Shown here piece by piece: positions 8,591-18,328 of a stretch of 64,000 nucleotides of DNA; position 1 is the first letter of the stretch, and every line of letters starts with the position of its first letter. This DNA is from an uncultured Pelagibacteraceae bacterium (GTDB lineage: Bacteria; Pseudomonadota; Alphaproteobacteria; Pelagibacterales; Pelagibacteraceae): the NCBI GenBank assembly GCA_902582235.1, contig CACHQX010000001.1, positions 80,768-144,767 on the forward strand, given 5' to 3'. The position numbers and the translations under genes were made by a program. A model generated the notes under the pieces. That model did no database searches. It was not told where the DNA came from and saw nothing but the letters and a program-made list of their open reading frames with translations.

Positions 8591-9691
8591 ATGAAAATAC
8601 AATTAGAAAAAAATAACAAAATATTTGTGTTTCTAGGATCAGAAAAGAAAGAATTACATCCTATTTGGTTAAGAGAAAGAGTGTCTGAAAAAGAACATCT
8701 AGATGCTAATACCGAACAAAGATTATTTGATCCGTCTTTTCTAAAAAATATAACAATAAAAGATGTTAAAATTGATAATGATCTTTTAAATCTCGAGTTT
8801 AGTGATGGAGTAAAGTCTAAATTTGACATTAAAAAAATTGAGAAAGAGTTTTCTTCAGATGAAGAATTAGAAAGATTAATGCAGCCAACGCTTTGGAATT
8901 CTAACCTTAAGAATCTAAAGAATTTTAAATATAATGATAATTTTTTAGAAAGCGGTGAGATGCTTGAGCTTTTAAAATCATTCTATAAAAATGGTTTTAT
9001 TATTATTTCAAATGTTCCAACTAAAGATAATTTCATTGTAAATTTTGCTAATTCAATTGGTAGCATTAGAAGAACAAATTTTGGTGAATACTTTAATGTT
9101 AAGTCAAAACCAAATCCAAATGATTTAGCTTATACACCTCTTCCTCTATCACCTCATACTGACAATCCTTACAGAAAACCAGTTCCCAATATTCAGTTAC
9201 TACATTGTATTGAAAATGATGTTAAAGGTGGATTTTCTACTCTTGTCGATGGATTTTCAGTGGCAGAAAATTTAAAAAATGAATTTCCTGAATTTTTCAA
9301 AATACTTACAGAAATAAAAGTGAAGTTTAGATTTGCAGATAAAAATGTTGTTTTAGAAAATTATGGGGAACTTATTGAATTAGATCAAAATAAACGAGTT
9401 AAACAAGTAAGATTTAGTACCAGACTAGATTTTGTTCCAGCCTTAGAAAAAGATAGGCTAGACTTCTATTATAAAGCAAGAAATAAAATTTCAGAAATTT
9501 ATAACTCAGATAAATTTTTAATAAAATTCAAGTTAAATCCAGGTGACTTGCTGATGATGGATAATTATAGATTACTTCACGGTAGGACAGAATTCAATCC
9601 TAATGAAGGTAATAGATTTTTACAAGGTTGTTATATAGATTACGACTCTTCAGAAGGTAAACTAAGACACTTACTAAGAAAATTTAACTAA
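8591..9691 (+). CDS. Fe(II)/2-oxoglutarate dioxygenase, gamma-butyrobetaine hydroxylase-like (TauD/TfdA family)
   Basis: HP.WLRER N-terminal domain, DLAYT..L.PHTDNPY (HxD), DNYRLLHGR, RFLQGCY; alternative start at 8576. Confidence 0.85.
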   Translation: MKIQLEKNNKIFVFLGSEKKELHPIWLRERVSEKEHLDANTEQRLFDPSFLKNITIKDVKIDNDLLNLEFSDGVKSKFDIKKIEKEFSSDEELERLMQPTLWNSNLKNLKNFKYNDNFLESGEMLELLKSFYKNGFIIISNVPTKDNFIVNFANSIGSIRRTNFGEYFNVKSKPNPNDLAYTPLPLSPHTDNPYRKPVPNIQLLHCIENDVKGGFSTLVDGFSVAENLKNEFPEFFKILTEIKVKFRFADKNVVLENYGELIELDQNKRVKQVRFSTRLDFVPALEKDRLDFYYKARNKISEIYNSDKFLIKFKLNPGDLLMMDNYRLLHGRTEFNPNEGNRFLQGCYIDYDSSEGKLRHLLRKFN

Positions 9692-10711
9692 TTAAATTTT
9701 TTTGAAAGCTAGGCTTTTAGAAAGATAAGCATTCTTAGAATAAAAAAGTTCTAATCCACTTTGTTTAGCAACACTAGCTAGATCTTCTCTTATATATTTT
9801 GGATAATAAGGTTCATGTGTAGAATAAGGAAAAAATTCTAATAATGGATTTAAAATTGGATTGTCATCCATTTGTAAAGAGTCTGTTAGAATAAAGATTC
9901 CTCCTTTTCTAAGTACTCTTGAAATTTCACTAAAAATTTTTTTTCTTATTGCAGAAGGAACCTCATGAAAAACATAGGTAGAAGTAACAATGTCATAAGA
10001 CTTCTCATCAAATGGGAGCTCTTCCCCTTTGCAATTTACATAATTAATATCTGAGAATTTCTTTAATTTTTCCTTTGCAACGTTTAAATACTCTTCTGAT
10101 AAATCAGAACAAGTGACCTCTAAATTTTTAGTATTTAATTTATACGTTGCAATTATATCTCCAGTGCCAGTACCAATGTCCAATAACTTTGTTCTTGGTA
10201 AATTTTCATCTTTAATAAATTTAATTAGCGGTATCATTGAGAATCTTCGCATGGTTGCGGCACAACCGGAAAATAAAGTCTCGACTTGAAACTCATACAA
10301 TCTTGCAGATTTTTCACTTAAATATCCATCTGTTTGGTAATGGAAATTTCTTAAGAAATATTTTGGCAAATCTTTATTCGTTTTAACTTCAGAGAATTTT
10401 CCTGATGTTCTTCTTTTGTCAATTTTTGGTAAATCAAGAAAAAAGTCAAAGCTCCCTTTGGCTGTATTTATTAAATCTTTTAATTCTGTTTTTGGTATTT
10501 TATAAAATTTTGAGTTTATTAACTTTCTTTCTTCATTTAAAAGCTTCATCATTTCAAAAAATAGTTTTTTACCTGATGGCATCTTTCCATAAAATGGAGG
10601 TGGGTTAGACTTATCTATTTTAATAGGTGTCGCATACTTAAACGAAATTATGTAGTGCGCAGAGTACCAGATAAACTTACTAGATTGATTTATTAAATAG
10701 CTTAATGACAT
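9692..10711 (-). CDS. Class I SAM-dependent methyltransferase
   Basis: LDIGTGTG, GEELPF, YVFHEVP; NFHYQTDGYLS family motif. Confidence 0.85.
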   Translation of the reverse strand: MSLSYLINQSSKFIWYSAHYIISFKYATPIKIDKSNPPPFYGKMPSGKKLFFEMMKLLNEERKLINSKFYKIPKTELKDLINTAKGSFDFFLDLPKIDKRRTSGKFSEVKTNKDLPKYFLRNFHYQTDGYLSEKSARLYEFQVETLFSGCAATMRRFSMIPLIKFIKDENLPRTKLLDIGTGTGDIIATYKLNTKNLEVTCSDLSEEYLNVAKEKLKKFSDINYVNCKGEELPFDEKSYDIVTSTYVFHEVPSAIRKKIFSEISRVLRKGGIFILTDSLQMDDNPILNPLLEFFPYSTHEPYYPKYIREDLASVAKQSGLELFYSKNAYLSKSLAFKKI

Positions 10712-10741
10712 ATTTTGATTATACCAAAAAAGATGATTTTT

Positions 10742-11449
10742 TTAACCCAGATTTTGTAAAAAAGGTAAAGATTTCAATAAATAAAAACCCACTGCTTGAA
10801 GTTGATTTGTAAGTATTAAAATACCCGTTCCCAATAAAATAAATCCACCAGTTTTTGAAATAATATTGATATTTCTTTTTAGATTTTTTGAAACAAGCAT
10901 AAATTTTTGTATCAAGAAACCAGATAAAATAAATGGGATCGCCAGCCCTAAAGAATAAAATAATAATAACATTACAGCTTTGAGAAGTGTTTGTTCAACT
11001 GCTGCAAGAGCTAGTATAGAACCTAGTATAGGTCCAATACATGGAGTCCATCCAAAACCAAAAGCCATTCCAACTAAAACAGAGCTAAAAATATTAGCAC
11101 TTTTTTGTGTTTGGAATCTTTTTTCAAAGTTAAGGAAATTTAAATTTATTATTCCAATTATTTGAAGAGAAAAAAAGATAATAACTAAGCCAGAAAGTAT
11201 TCTTAACTCTATTGAATTATTTAACAAAATTTTTCCAATAAGAGAACTAGTTGCACCAAATGCAATAAAAATCAAAGAGAAGCCAACTGTAAAGAGAACT
11301 ATTGGTAAAATATTAACTTTTTTTTCCTCAAGAAGTTCATTTAACGATTTTCCTGAAACGTATGATATATAACCAGGTATCAAAGGTAAAACACATGGAG
11401 ATAAAAAACTTAGAAGGCCTGCACCTAAAGCCAAAATTAATTCTGTCAT
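10742..11449 (-). CDS. ccdA: Cytochrome c biogenesis protein CcdA
   Basis: SFLSPCVLPLIP and GWTPCIGPIL. Confidence 0.92.
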   Translation of the reverse strand: MTELILALGAGLLSFLSPCVLPLIPGYISYVSGKSLNELLEEKKVNILPIVLFTVGFSLIFIAFGATSSLIGKILLNNSIELRILSGLVIIFFSLQIIGIINLNFLNFEKRFQTQKSANIFSSVLVGMAFGFGWTPCIGPILGSILALAAVEQTLLKAVMLLLFYSLGLAIPFILSGFLIQKFMLVSKNLKRNINIISKTGGFILLGTGILILTNQLQAVGFYLLKSLPFLQNLG

Positions 11450-11454
11450 CTAAA

Positions 11455-12897
11455 TTAACCTTTTAAACCAAGGTGAGTGTACTTAACATTAAGATAATCT
11501 TTTATTGCCATAGAACCACCTTCCCTTCCATATCCCGCTTGTTTGATACCTCCAAAGGGGGCTTCTGCTAAAGCTACTAAAGGTGTATTGACTGCTACTG
11601 TTCCGGTTTCCATCAACTCTGAAGCTCTATGTGCTTTTTCCATAGAGTTGGTACAAATATAACTTGATAATCCTAATTCATGATTATTAGCTCTTTCAAT
11701 TACTTCATCGAAACTTTTAAAAGATAACATAGGAACCAAAGGTCCAAATGGTTCTACTTTCATAATTGTATAATCATCTTTTACATTATCAAAAACTGTA
11801 GGTTCATAGAAATAACCTTTGTTAAAACCTGATGGTCTTTTCCCGCCTAGTAAAACTTTTGCACCCTCTTTTTTTGTTGTTTCAACTAATTCTTCAATTT
11901 CGTTTAGTCTTTTTTTAGTTGTCAAAGGTCCAAGTTGAACTGAAGGATCCATGCCATCACCAATTTTTAATTTCTTAGTTTTTTCTACAAACAAGTTAAC
12001 AAATTCATCTTTTTTATTTTCTTGAATGTAAAATCTATTGGGTGAAATACAAACTTGACCATTGTTTCTAAACTTTGCAGCGATTGCCATATCGGTTGCT
12101 TTTTTAATGTCTGCATCATCAAAAACTATAAATGGAGAATGACCACTTAATTCCATTGTAACTCTTTGAACTTTATCTGCTGCCTGTTTTAAAATTAATT
12201 TTCCGACTCTTGAAGATCCTGTAATTGAAATCTTTTTAACTATATCAGAGGCAATTAATTGTTGGGCGATACTTGGAGGATCCCCTGATAATAAATTTAC
12301 AACACCTGGAGGAACTCCACATTCTCTGCAAATCTCAACTTGTTCCATTACAACACCAGGAGTTATTACATCTGGTTTTACAATTACTGAACATCCAGCT
12401 GCTAGTGCAGTAGAAATTTTCCTTGCAGATAAAACTAACGGAAAATTCCATGGGACTAATGCTGCTACTACTCCAACAGGTTGATAGTAAACATGAACTC
12501 TAGTATCTTCAAATCTGCTTTCAACTGTTTGGCCATAAATTCTTTTTGTCTCCTCTGCATTCCACTCATAAATATCTGCTGCACCGTTAACTTCACCCTT
12601 TGCTTCTGCAAACGGTTTTCCAACTTCAAGGGTCATCCATTTAGCAAGTATGTCTTGCTTTTCTCTCATCTTGTCAGCAATTCTTCTTAAAATATAAGCA
12701 CGTTGCCATGGTGGTGTTTTTTTCCATACCTCTAAACCCTTTTGAGCAGACAACAAAGCTTTATCAACATCCTCAGATGAAGCTTTAGATGCTTTACCAA
12801 TAATTTCCTCGTTAGCTGGATTGATAACTTCATAAGTTTCGCCTGTAGAAGATTTGTGCCACTTACCATCTATGAATTGACCGTATTTTTCGTACAT
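11455..12897 (-). CDS. NAD(P)-dependent succinate-semialdehyde dehydrogenase-like aldehyde dehydrogenase
   Basis: PWNFP, MELSGHSP, KFRNNGQVCIS, EPFGP, PFGGIKQAGYGREG. Confidence 0.88.
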   Translation of the reverse strand: MYEKYGQFIDGKWHKSSTGETYEVINPANEEIIGKASKASSEDVDKALLSAQKGLEVWKKTPPWQRAYILRRIADKMREKQDILAKWMTLEVGKPFAEAKGEVNGAADIYEWNAEETKRIYGQTVESRFEDTRVHVYYQPVGVVAALVPWNFPLVLSARKISTALAAGCSVIVKPDVITPGVVMEQVEICRECGVPPGVVNLLSGDPPSIAQQLIASDIVKKISITGSSRVGKLILKQAADKVQRVTMELSGHSPFIVFDDADIKKATDMAIAAKFRNNGQVCISPNRFYIQENKKDEFVNLFVEKTKKLKIGDGMDPSVQLGPLTTKKRLNEIEELVETTKKEGAKVLLGGKRPSGFNKGYFYEPTVFDNVKDDYTIMKVEPFGPLVPMLSFKSFDEVIERANNHELGLSSYICTNSMEKAHRASELMETGTVAVNTPLVALAEAPFGGIKQAGYGREGGSMAIKDYLNVKYTHLGLKG

Positions 12898-13000
12898 AAT
12901 TTAATCTAACATGAGCTTTTAAAGTGTCTAGTGTGCAAATAAATCATATCAACAAAACCCATAAACTCGATACTATTAACCTTAATATAAGGAGTATAAC

Positions 13001-13318
13001 ATGAAAGCATATATAATGGGAAACTACACAGAAAAAGCTTTTCAAGGATTTTTGAAAGATCCAGGAACTGACAGAAAAGCAGTTGTAGAACAATTAACAA
13101 AAGCAATGGGTGGTACAATGCATAGTATGGACATTGTAAGAGGATCTTATGATTTTGTTGTTGTTGTAGATCTTAAATCGTTTGATGATTTTGCTGCAAT
13201 TAAACTTGTTGTAGAAGGATCAGGTGCTGTTAAAAATTTAACAATACTTGAGGCGATTGATTTTTCAAAAGCCACAGCTAAAGCAGGAAAAATTGGCTAC
13301 AAAGCACCTGGACAGTAA
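13001..13318 (+). CDS. GYD domain-containing protein
   Basis: YT..AFQG, GG, GSYDFVVV, YKAPG; AGGAG SD. Confidence 0.85.
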   Translation: MKAYIMGNYTEKAFQGFLKDPGTDRKAVVEQLTKAMGGTMHSMDIVRGSYDFVVVVDLKSFDDFAAIKLVVEGSGAVKNLTILEAIDFSKATAKAGKIGYKAPGQ

Positions 13319-13326
13319 AAGATTTA

Positions 13327-13677
13327 TTAATTTTTTTTGTCGTTATCAACGACTAAGCAGATTTCTGATTTAGTCAGAAATCTGCGACCTGTTCCATTAT
13401 CTAAAGAGAACATTCCGCCAATACCATTTACAGCATCGATAGTTAGATCAGTATGTTTCCACTTTTCATATTGGTCATCATTCATATAAAAAGGAACCCC
13501 ACCAATCTCACCAAGTTTTACATCGCTGTTACCAACCATATACTCTTTTCTAGGATAGCACATGGGGGCACTTCCATCACAACATCCGCCTGATTGATGA
13601 AATAAAAGCTCCTCACCGTGTTGAGCTTTAATATCTTCAATTAGTTTTAATGCTGATTCTGTTGCTTTTACTTTCAT
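13327..13677 (-). CDS. DUF779 family protein (usual partner of acetaldehyde dehydrogenase)
   Basis: FHQSGGCCDGSAPMCY, WKHT, FSL. Confidence 0.9.
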   Translation of the reverse strand: MKVKATESALKLIEDIKAQHGEELLFHQSGGCCDGSAPMCYPRKEYMVGNSDVKLGEIGGVPFYMNDDQYEKWKHTDLTIDAVNGIGGMFSLDNGTGRRFLTKSEICLVVDNDKKN

Positions 13678-13683
13678 AATAAT

Positions 13684-13709
13684 ATGGCCCGTGATTCCTC
13701 ACGGGCCAT
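13684..13709 (-). terminator. Strong hairpin between aldB and DUF779 (terminator or processing stem)
   Basis: Perfect 11-bp stem ATGGCCCGTGA/TCACGGGCCAT; GGAA tetraloop on the minus strand; no poly-U tail. Confidence 0.65.
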
Positions 13710-13726
13710 TATATATTAATTATCTT

Positions 13727-15268
13727 TTAAAAGAAGCCTAATTTCTTTTCACTGTAAGACACGTGTAAGTTCTTCACTTGTCTGTAGTGGTTAAGCATCA
13801 TTTTATGAGTTTCTCTTCCGATACCAGATTGTTTATATCCACCGAAAGCAGCGTGAGCAGGATAAGCGTGATAACAGTTTGTCCAAACTCTACCAGCTTG
13901 TATCTCTCTACCCATTCTGTATGCAAGATTTCCATTTCTAGTCCATACTCCTGCACCTAAACCATAAAGAGTATCATTAGCAATTTCTAATGCTTCTTTC
14001 TCATCTTTAAATTTAGTTACAGAAACAACTGGTCCAAAAATTTCTTCTTGGAATATTCTCATATTGTTTTTACCCTCGAAAATAGTTGGCTCAATGTAGT
14101 TTCCTTTTTCTAAACCACTATTGATTTTTGCAACATTTCCTCCACACAGAACTTTGGCACCCTCTTTCTTACCTAAGTCTAGATAAGATTTGATTTTTTC
14201 CATTTGTTCTAATGAAGCTTGCGCACCAATCATTGTCTCCATTTTCAAAGGATTGTCTTGTTTTACAGCTTTAGTTCTAGCAATAGCTTTTTCCATGAAT
14301 TTGTCATAGATAGACTCTTGAACCAGTACTCTACTTGGACAAGTACAAACTTCTCCTTGGTTTAATGTAAACATTGCAAAACCTTCTAGACACTTATCGA
14401 AGAAGTCATCGTTTTTATCCATGACATCTTCAAAGAAAATGTTAGGAGATTTACCACCTAATTCCAAAGTTATTGGGATTAAGTTTTGCGATGCATATTG
14501 CATAATCAATCTACCAGTTGTTGTTTCACCAGTGAAAGCAATTTTCTTAATTCTCTTAGAAGATGCTAAAGGTTTACCAGCTTCTAATCCAAAACCGCTT
14601 ACAATGTTAACAACACCTTTTGGTAAAAGATCGCCAATCATTTCCATCATTACCATAATAGACGCTGGAGTTTGCTCTGCAGGTTTTAATACCACACAGT
14701 TACCAGCAGCTAATGCTGGAGCAAGTTTCCAAGTTGCCATTAGTAATGGGAAGTTCCAAGGTATAATTTGTCCAACTACACCTAGTGGCTCAGGTATGTG
14801 ATAAGAATATTCATTATTGCTTATTTCAGCAACTGAACCTTCCTCTGCTCTTATTACTCCTGCAAAATATCTCCAGTGATCTATTACAAGAGGTAAGTCA
14901 GCAGCCATACATTCTCTGATTGGTTTACCGTTATCTAAACATTCTGCCACTGCTAATGTATTAAGATTTTTTTCTAATACATCTGCAATCTTAATCAAAA
15001 TGTTAGATCTTTCAGTGATTGATGTCTTTCCCCAAGTTGGGAAAGCTGCGTGAGCTGCATCTAATGCTGCATCCACGTCTTTTTCGTTAGATCGCGCAAC
15101 TGAACAGATAACTTCATTTGAGATCGGAGAAGTATTATCAAAATACTTTCCAGATTTAGGCTCTACAAATTTTCCGTTTATGTAGTTTCCGTATTTTGCT
15201 TTGAACGGAAATTTAACCTTCAAATGAGAGGTATCTAGAACAGAAGACACTTTCATCTCTGCACTCAT
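13727..15268 (-). CDS. aldB: Acetaldehyde dehydrogenase (AldB/ExaC type); frame extends in-frame to ATG 15445
   Basis: [57 protein letters not shown]; GGAGGA SD before ATG 15268. Confidence 0.9.
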   Translation of the reverse strand: MSAEMKVSSVLDTSHLKVKFPFKAKYGNYINGKFVEPKSGKYFDNTSPISNEVICSVARSNEKDVDAALDAAHAAFPTWGKTSITERSNILIKIADVLEKNLNTLAVAECLDNGKPIRECMAADLPLVIDHWRYFAGVIRAEEGSVAEISNNEYSYHIPEPLGVVGQIIPWNFPLLMATWKLAPALAAGNCVVLKPAEQTPASIMVMMEMIGDLLPKGVVNIVSGFGLEAGKPLASSKRIKKIAFTGETTTGRLIMQYASQNLIPITLELGGKSPNIFFEDVMDKNDDFFDKCLEGFAMFTLNQGEVCTCPSRVLVQESIYDKFMEKAIARTKAVKQDNPLKMETMIGAQASLEQMEKIKSYLDLGKKEGAKVLCGGNVAKINSGLEKGNYIEPTIFEGKNNMRIFQEEIFGPVVSVTKFKDEKEALEIANDTLYGLGAGVWTRNGNLAYRMGREIQAGRVWTNCYHAYPAHAAFGGYKQSGIGRETHKMMLNHYRQVKNLHVSYSEKKLGFF

Positions 15269-15545
15269 TTTTCCTCCATTTGTTTTACGTGTTGATTTTG
15301 ACTTCGACTTAATCTTTTTTAGCTTTTTTCTAGATTTAGAAAGTTTCTTTGTCGTTCCGCTTTTAAGTTTTCTTCTTTTTTTAATCGACTTTTTTGTTTT
15401 CTTTCTTCTTTTCTTAACAGCTTTTTTTTTCTTAGTCTTAGCCATTTATATAAATCTAATTAAAGACCTTTTTAGACATGATGTAAATGCGCAAAATATA
15501 TTTCAATTTAAAGTTGAAATGTTTTTTTTCAATAAATAGAATAGT

Positions 15546-16397
15546 TTAAGATTTTCTTGTTGCGATAAATACGCCAAGTGAAGCAACAATGAAGCCAAAT
15601 ATATCAATTAAAGATAATTGTTCATTAAGAAATATCCAAGCAATGATTGCCGAAGTTGCTGGTATTAAAAAAAATACAGTAACTGTTTTACTTGCTGAAT
15701 TATTTTTGATTAAAAACATTAATATCGTGAACGCCCCAAATGATACAAGAAAGATTTGATGACCCATTGCTATTAAAAAACTTTGATTAAATTCAATGAA
15801 TGGATCAACAAAAAACATAATAAATATTAAGTGAAAGAAACAACCTCCAGCAGCTTGGTAAGTATTGCTAACTGGTAAAGGGATATTACCGCTAAATTTT
15901 TTCTGAAAAAGAGTTGCTGATGTAATTGACATTAAAGCGATGAATGAAGCTATTATACCTACAGTTGGAAGAGTTCCACCAATATCTACACCTAATACTA
16001 ATGCTGACCCTATAAATCCCAAAACAACACCTATCCATTGTTTCCAACCAACGCGCTCTTTAAGAAAAGGTCCGGCTAAAGCATTTGTTAAGATCGGCTG
16101 CATTGTAACAATAAGTGCAGTTATACCTGTTGGAATGCCTTTCGATATAGAAAAAAAAACACCTCCTAAATAAACTCCATGAAATAAAATGCCACTTGAA
16201 AAAGATTGGACAAAGTCTCTACTATTTAATTTAAACGATAAGTTTTTGTAAGTACAATAAATAAAAAAACCTATAGCAACTATAAAAAATCTAAATGCTA
16301 AAGCTGCAAAGGGATCGCTATTGTCTACGATGGGTTTTGTTGTAACAAATGCTGAAGACCAAAGTAAAACAAAAATTAAAGGTAAAAATTTATTCAT
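15546..16397 (-). CDS. EamA/DMT family transporter
   Basis: FVLLWSSAF, about 10 TM, QPILT, KERV. Confidence 0.88.
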   Translation of the reverse strand: MNKFLPLIFVLLWSSAFVTTKPIVDNSDPFAALAFRFFIVAIGFFIYCTYKNLSFKLNSRDFVQSFSSGILFHGVYLGGVFFSISKGIPTGITALIVTMQPILTNALAGPFLKERVGWKQWIGVVLGFIGSALVLGVDIGGTLPTVGIIASFIALMSITSATLFQKKFSGNIPLPVSNTYQAAGGCFFHLIFIMFFVDPFIEFNQSFLIAMGHQIFLVSFGAFTILMFLIKNNSASKTVTVFFLIPATSAIIAWIFLNEQLSLIDIFGFIVASLGVFIATRKS

Positions 16398-16419
16398 GAA
16401 TTAAATAAACCTATAGTAT

Positions 16420-16431
16420 TTTCACGTGAAA
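16420..16431. promoter_or_regulatory. Perfect 12-bp palindrome TTTCACGTGAAA (operator or parS-like)
   Basis: Read directly in the intergenic region upstream of the EamA gene. Confidence 0.35.
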
Positions 16432-16581
16432 CCACAGAAAAACCTCAAGTTGAAAATATTAATAAATTATGAGACGACAACAACATTTGGTATGTTTTTT
16501 TAAAATTATTCCATTATAAATTGAAATACAAAAATTAATTAAATTAAATTTATTGAAATAAATATAAGCTATTTCAAACTG

Positions 16582-17463
16582 ATGAACAAAATTTACGAGG
16601 ATATAACAATTGTTACTGTACTTTATAACTCAGCACAAATTAATGAAATTTTTTTTAAAAATCTAAAGAATTTTAAAACGATAGTGGTTGATAATGGGAA
16701 AAACGAGGAAATTCTAGATAAAATAAAAACTTATAAAAACATTAAAATAATTTCAAAAAATAAAAATCTTGGCTATGGAAGTGCAGTGAACTTTGCTTAT
16801 AAGAATATAAGTACAAAGTTTTTTTTAATATTAAATCCAGACATAAATATCGATGAAAATTCGATAGATACTCTTTACAACATCTTAGACCAACAAAATG
16901 ATTGTGGAATTGTAGCACCGATAATCTATCCTGATGAAGATTTCTACGGAGCTTTTCCTGAGAGAAATTTAAAAAAATTAACTTTAAAAAATGCTTTAAA
17001 ATCTAGAAATTTTTTGTTAAAGCCCCAGATTGAAGGGGAAATTTGTGTTGATGTTGCTAAGTGGGCCTTATTGATTAAATCAAAACAGTTCGAAAAAGTT
17101 GGGGGATTTAACGAGAAATTATTTCTTTTTTGGGAAGAAATCGACTTGTGTAGGCGGTTTAGATCAAAAAAATTGAGTGTAATTATAACACCTAAATCCA
17201 AAGCTGAGCATAAACAAAATAAATCATCAGATTCTAATTTTCGAAATTTCTTAATAAAAACTTACTATCATGAATATTCCCCTCTTGTATATTTCAATGT
17301 GCAAACATTTTCTTTTTTCTATCTTAAAAGGATGATGAAATATCTTTTTAGGGGGATAAGTTACCTGGCGATATTAAATCTTAAAAAATCTTTAATTTAT
17401 TTTTTAAGATTAAGCGCAAGTATAAGATATTTCATTAATTTAAAATTTTCTTCAATGAGGTAG
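16582..17463 (+). CDS. Glycosyltransferase family 2
   Basis: IVVDN, NLGYGSAVN, ILNPD, GGFNEKLFLFWEEIDLC. Confidence 0.9.
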   Translation: MNKIYEDITIVTVLYNSAQINEIFFKNLKNFKTIVVDNGKNEEILDKIKTYKNIKIISKNKNLGYGSAVNFAYKNISTKFFLILNPDINIDENSIDTLYNILDQQNDCGIVAPIIYPDEDFYGAFPERNLKKLTLKNALKSRNFLLKPQIEGEICVDVAKWALLIKSKQFEKVGGFNEKLFLFWEEIDLCRRFRSKKLSVIITPKSKAEHKQNKSSDSNFRNFLIKTYYHEYSPLVYFNVQTFSFFYLKRMMKYLFRGISYLAILNLKKSLIYFLRLSASIRYFINLKFSSMR

Positions 17464-18328
17464 ATTTTTTGACAAAATATATCCCTATTACGATTGCAAT
17501 GAGTGCGACTAATACTTTAAATGTGATCAGTTCGTCTAAAAAAATATAACCTAAAATTACCCCAAAGATTGGAATTAAATAAGCTACTTGTGACTGAAAA
17601 ACTAAACCATTATCTTTTAAAACTTTAAACCTTAAAACCCAAGCCAAACCTGTAGCTATAATTCCTAAATACGTGATTGAAATTACTGATATTAATGATG
17701 GATTGTAATTCCAGGGTTTTTCAAAATAAAAACAAATTGGTAACAAAATTATTGTTGCCCAAATTAAGATTGAAGCAGTGACATTTTCATTTTTTTTATT
17801 ACTAATCTTAAGTGTTAAAATCCCTCCAATTACATATCCTAAAGAACCAATTAAAATACATAAAGCTGAAAACAAGTTATTTTCGTTAATCAAAAAGTTA
17901 TCAGAAAATAGATAAACTATTCCCGTAAAACCAATTAAAACTCCAATTACCTTAAGAAAATTTATCTTTTCATTTTTGATAAAAAAATGGGCTAGTAATG
18001 TTGATGTTAGTGGAGAAGTAGACATCAATATTGCAGCTAAATTACTTTGAACATTTTTGACGCCATAGGCGATTAAAAAAAAAGGGAACACTAAGTTTAC
18101 AAATCCTATCGCTGCAAACCATGGCCAGTCTTTTGAAAAAACTTCAATTTTAATATTTTTAAATACGCATAAAATTATTAAAGGTAGTGATCCTAATAAA
18201 ACTCTTATAAATGCTATGGTTACAGGGCCAAATGAGTCTGTTGCTAATTTAATATTAAAAAAAGCAGAGGCCCAAATCACTGCTAAAAAAACTAATAATG
18301 AATAATCTGTTATAGTAGGCTGTCTCAT
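17435..18328 (-). CDS. EamA/DMT family transporter
   Basis: IWASAF, FGPVTIAFIR, about 10 TM, YLIPIFG. Confidence 0.88.
   Translation of the reverse strand: MRQPTITDYSLLVFLAVIWASAFFNIKLATDSFGPVTIAFIRVLLGSLPLIILCVFKNIKIEVFSKDWPWFAAIGFVNLVFPFFLIAYGVKNVQSNLAAILMSTSPLTSTLLAHFFIKNEKINFLKVIGVLIGFTGIVYLFSDNFLINENNLFSALCILIGSLGYVIGGILTLKISNKKNENVTASILIWATIILLPICFYFEKPWNYNPSLISVISITYLGIIATGLAWVLRFKVLKDNGLVFQSQVAYLIPIFGVILGYIFLDELITFKVLVALIAIVIGIYFVKKSTSLKKILN

Noticed and set aside
12906-13118. 70-aa minus-strand ORF upstream of the aldehyde dehydrogenase as a leader peptide
   Set aside because: Starts inside the GYD gene on the opposite strand and spans a divergent promoter; no SD or motif
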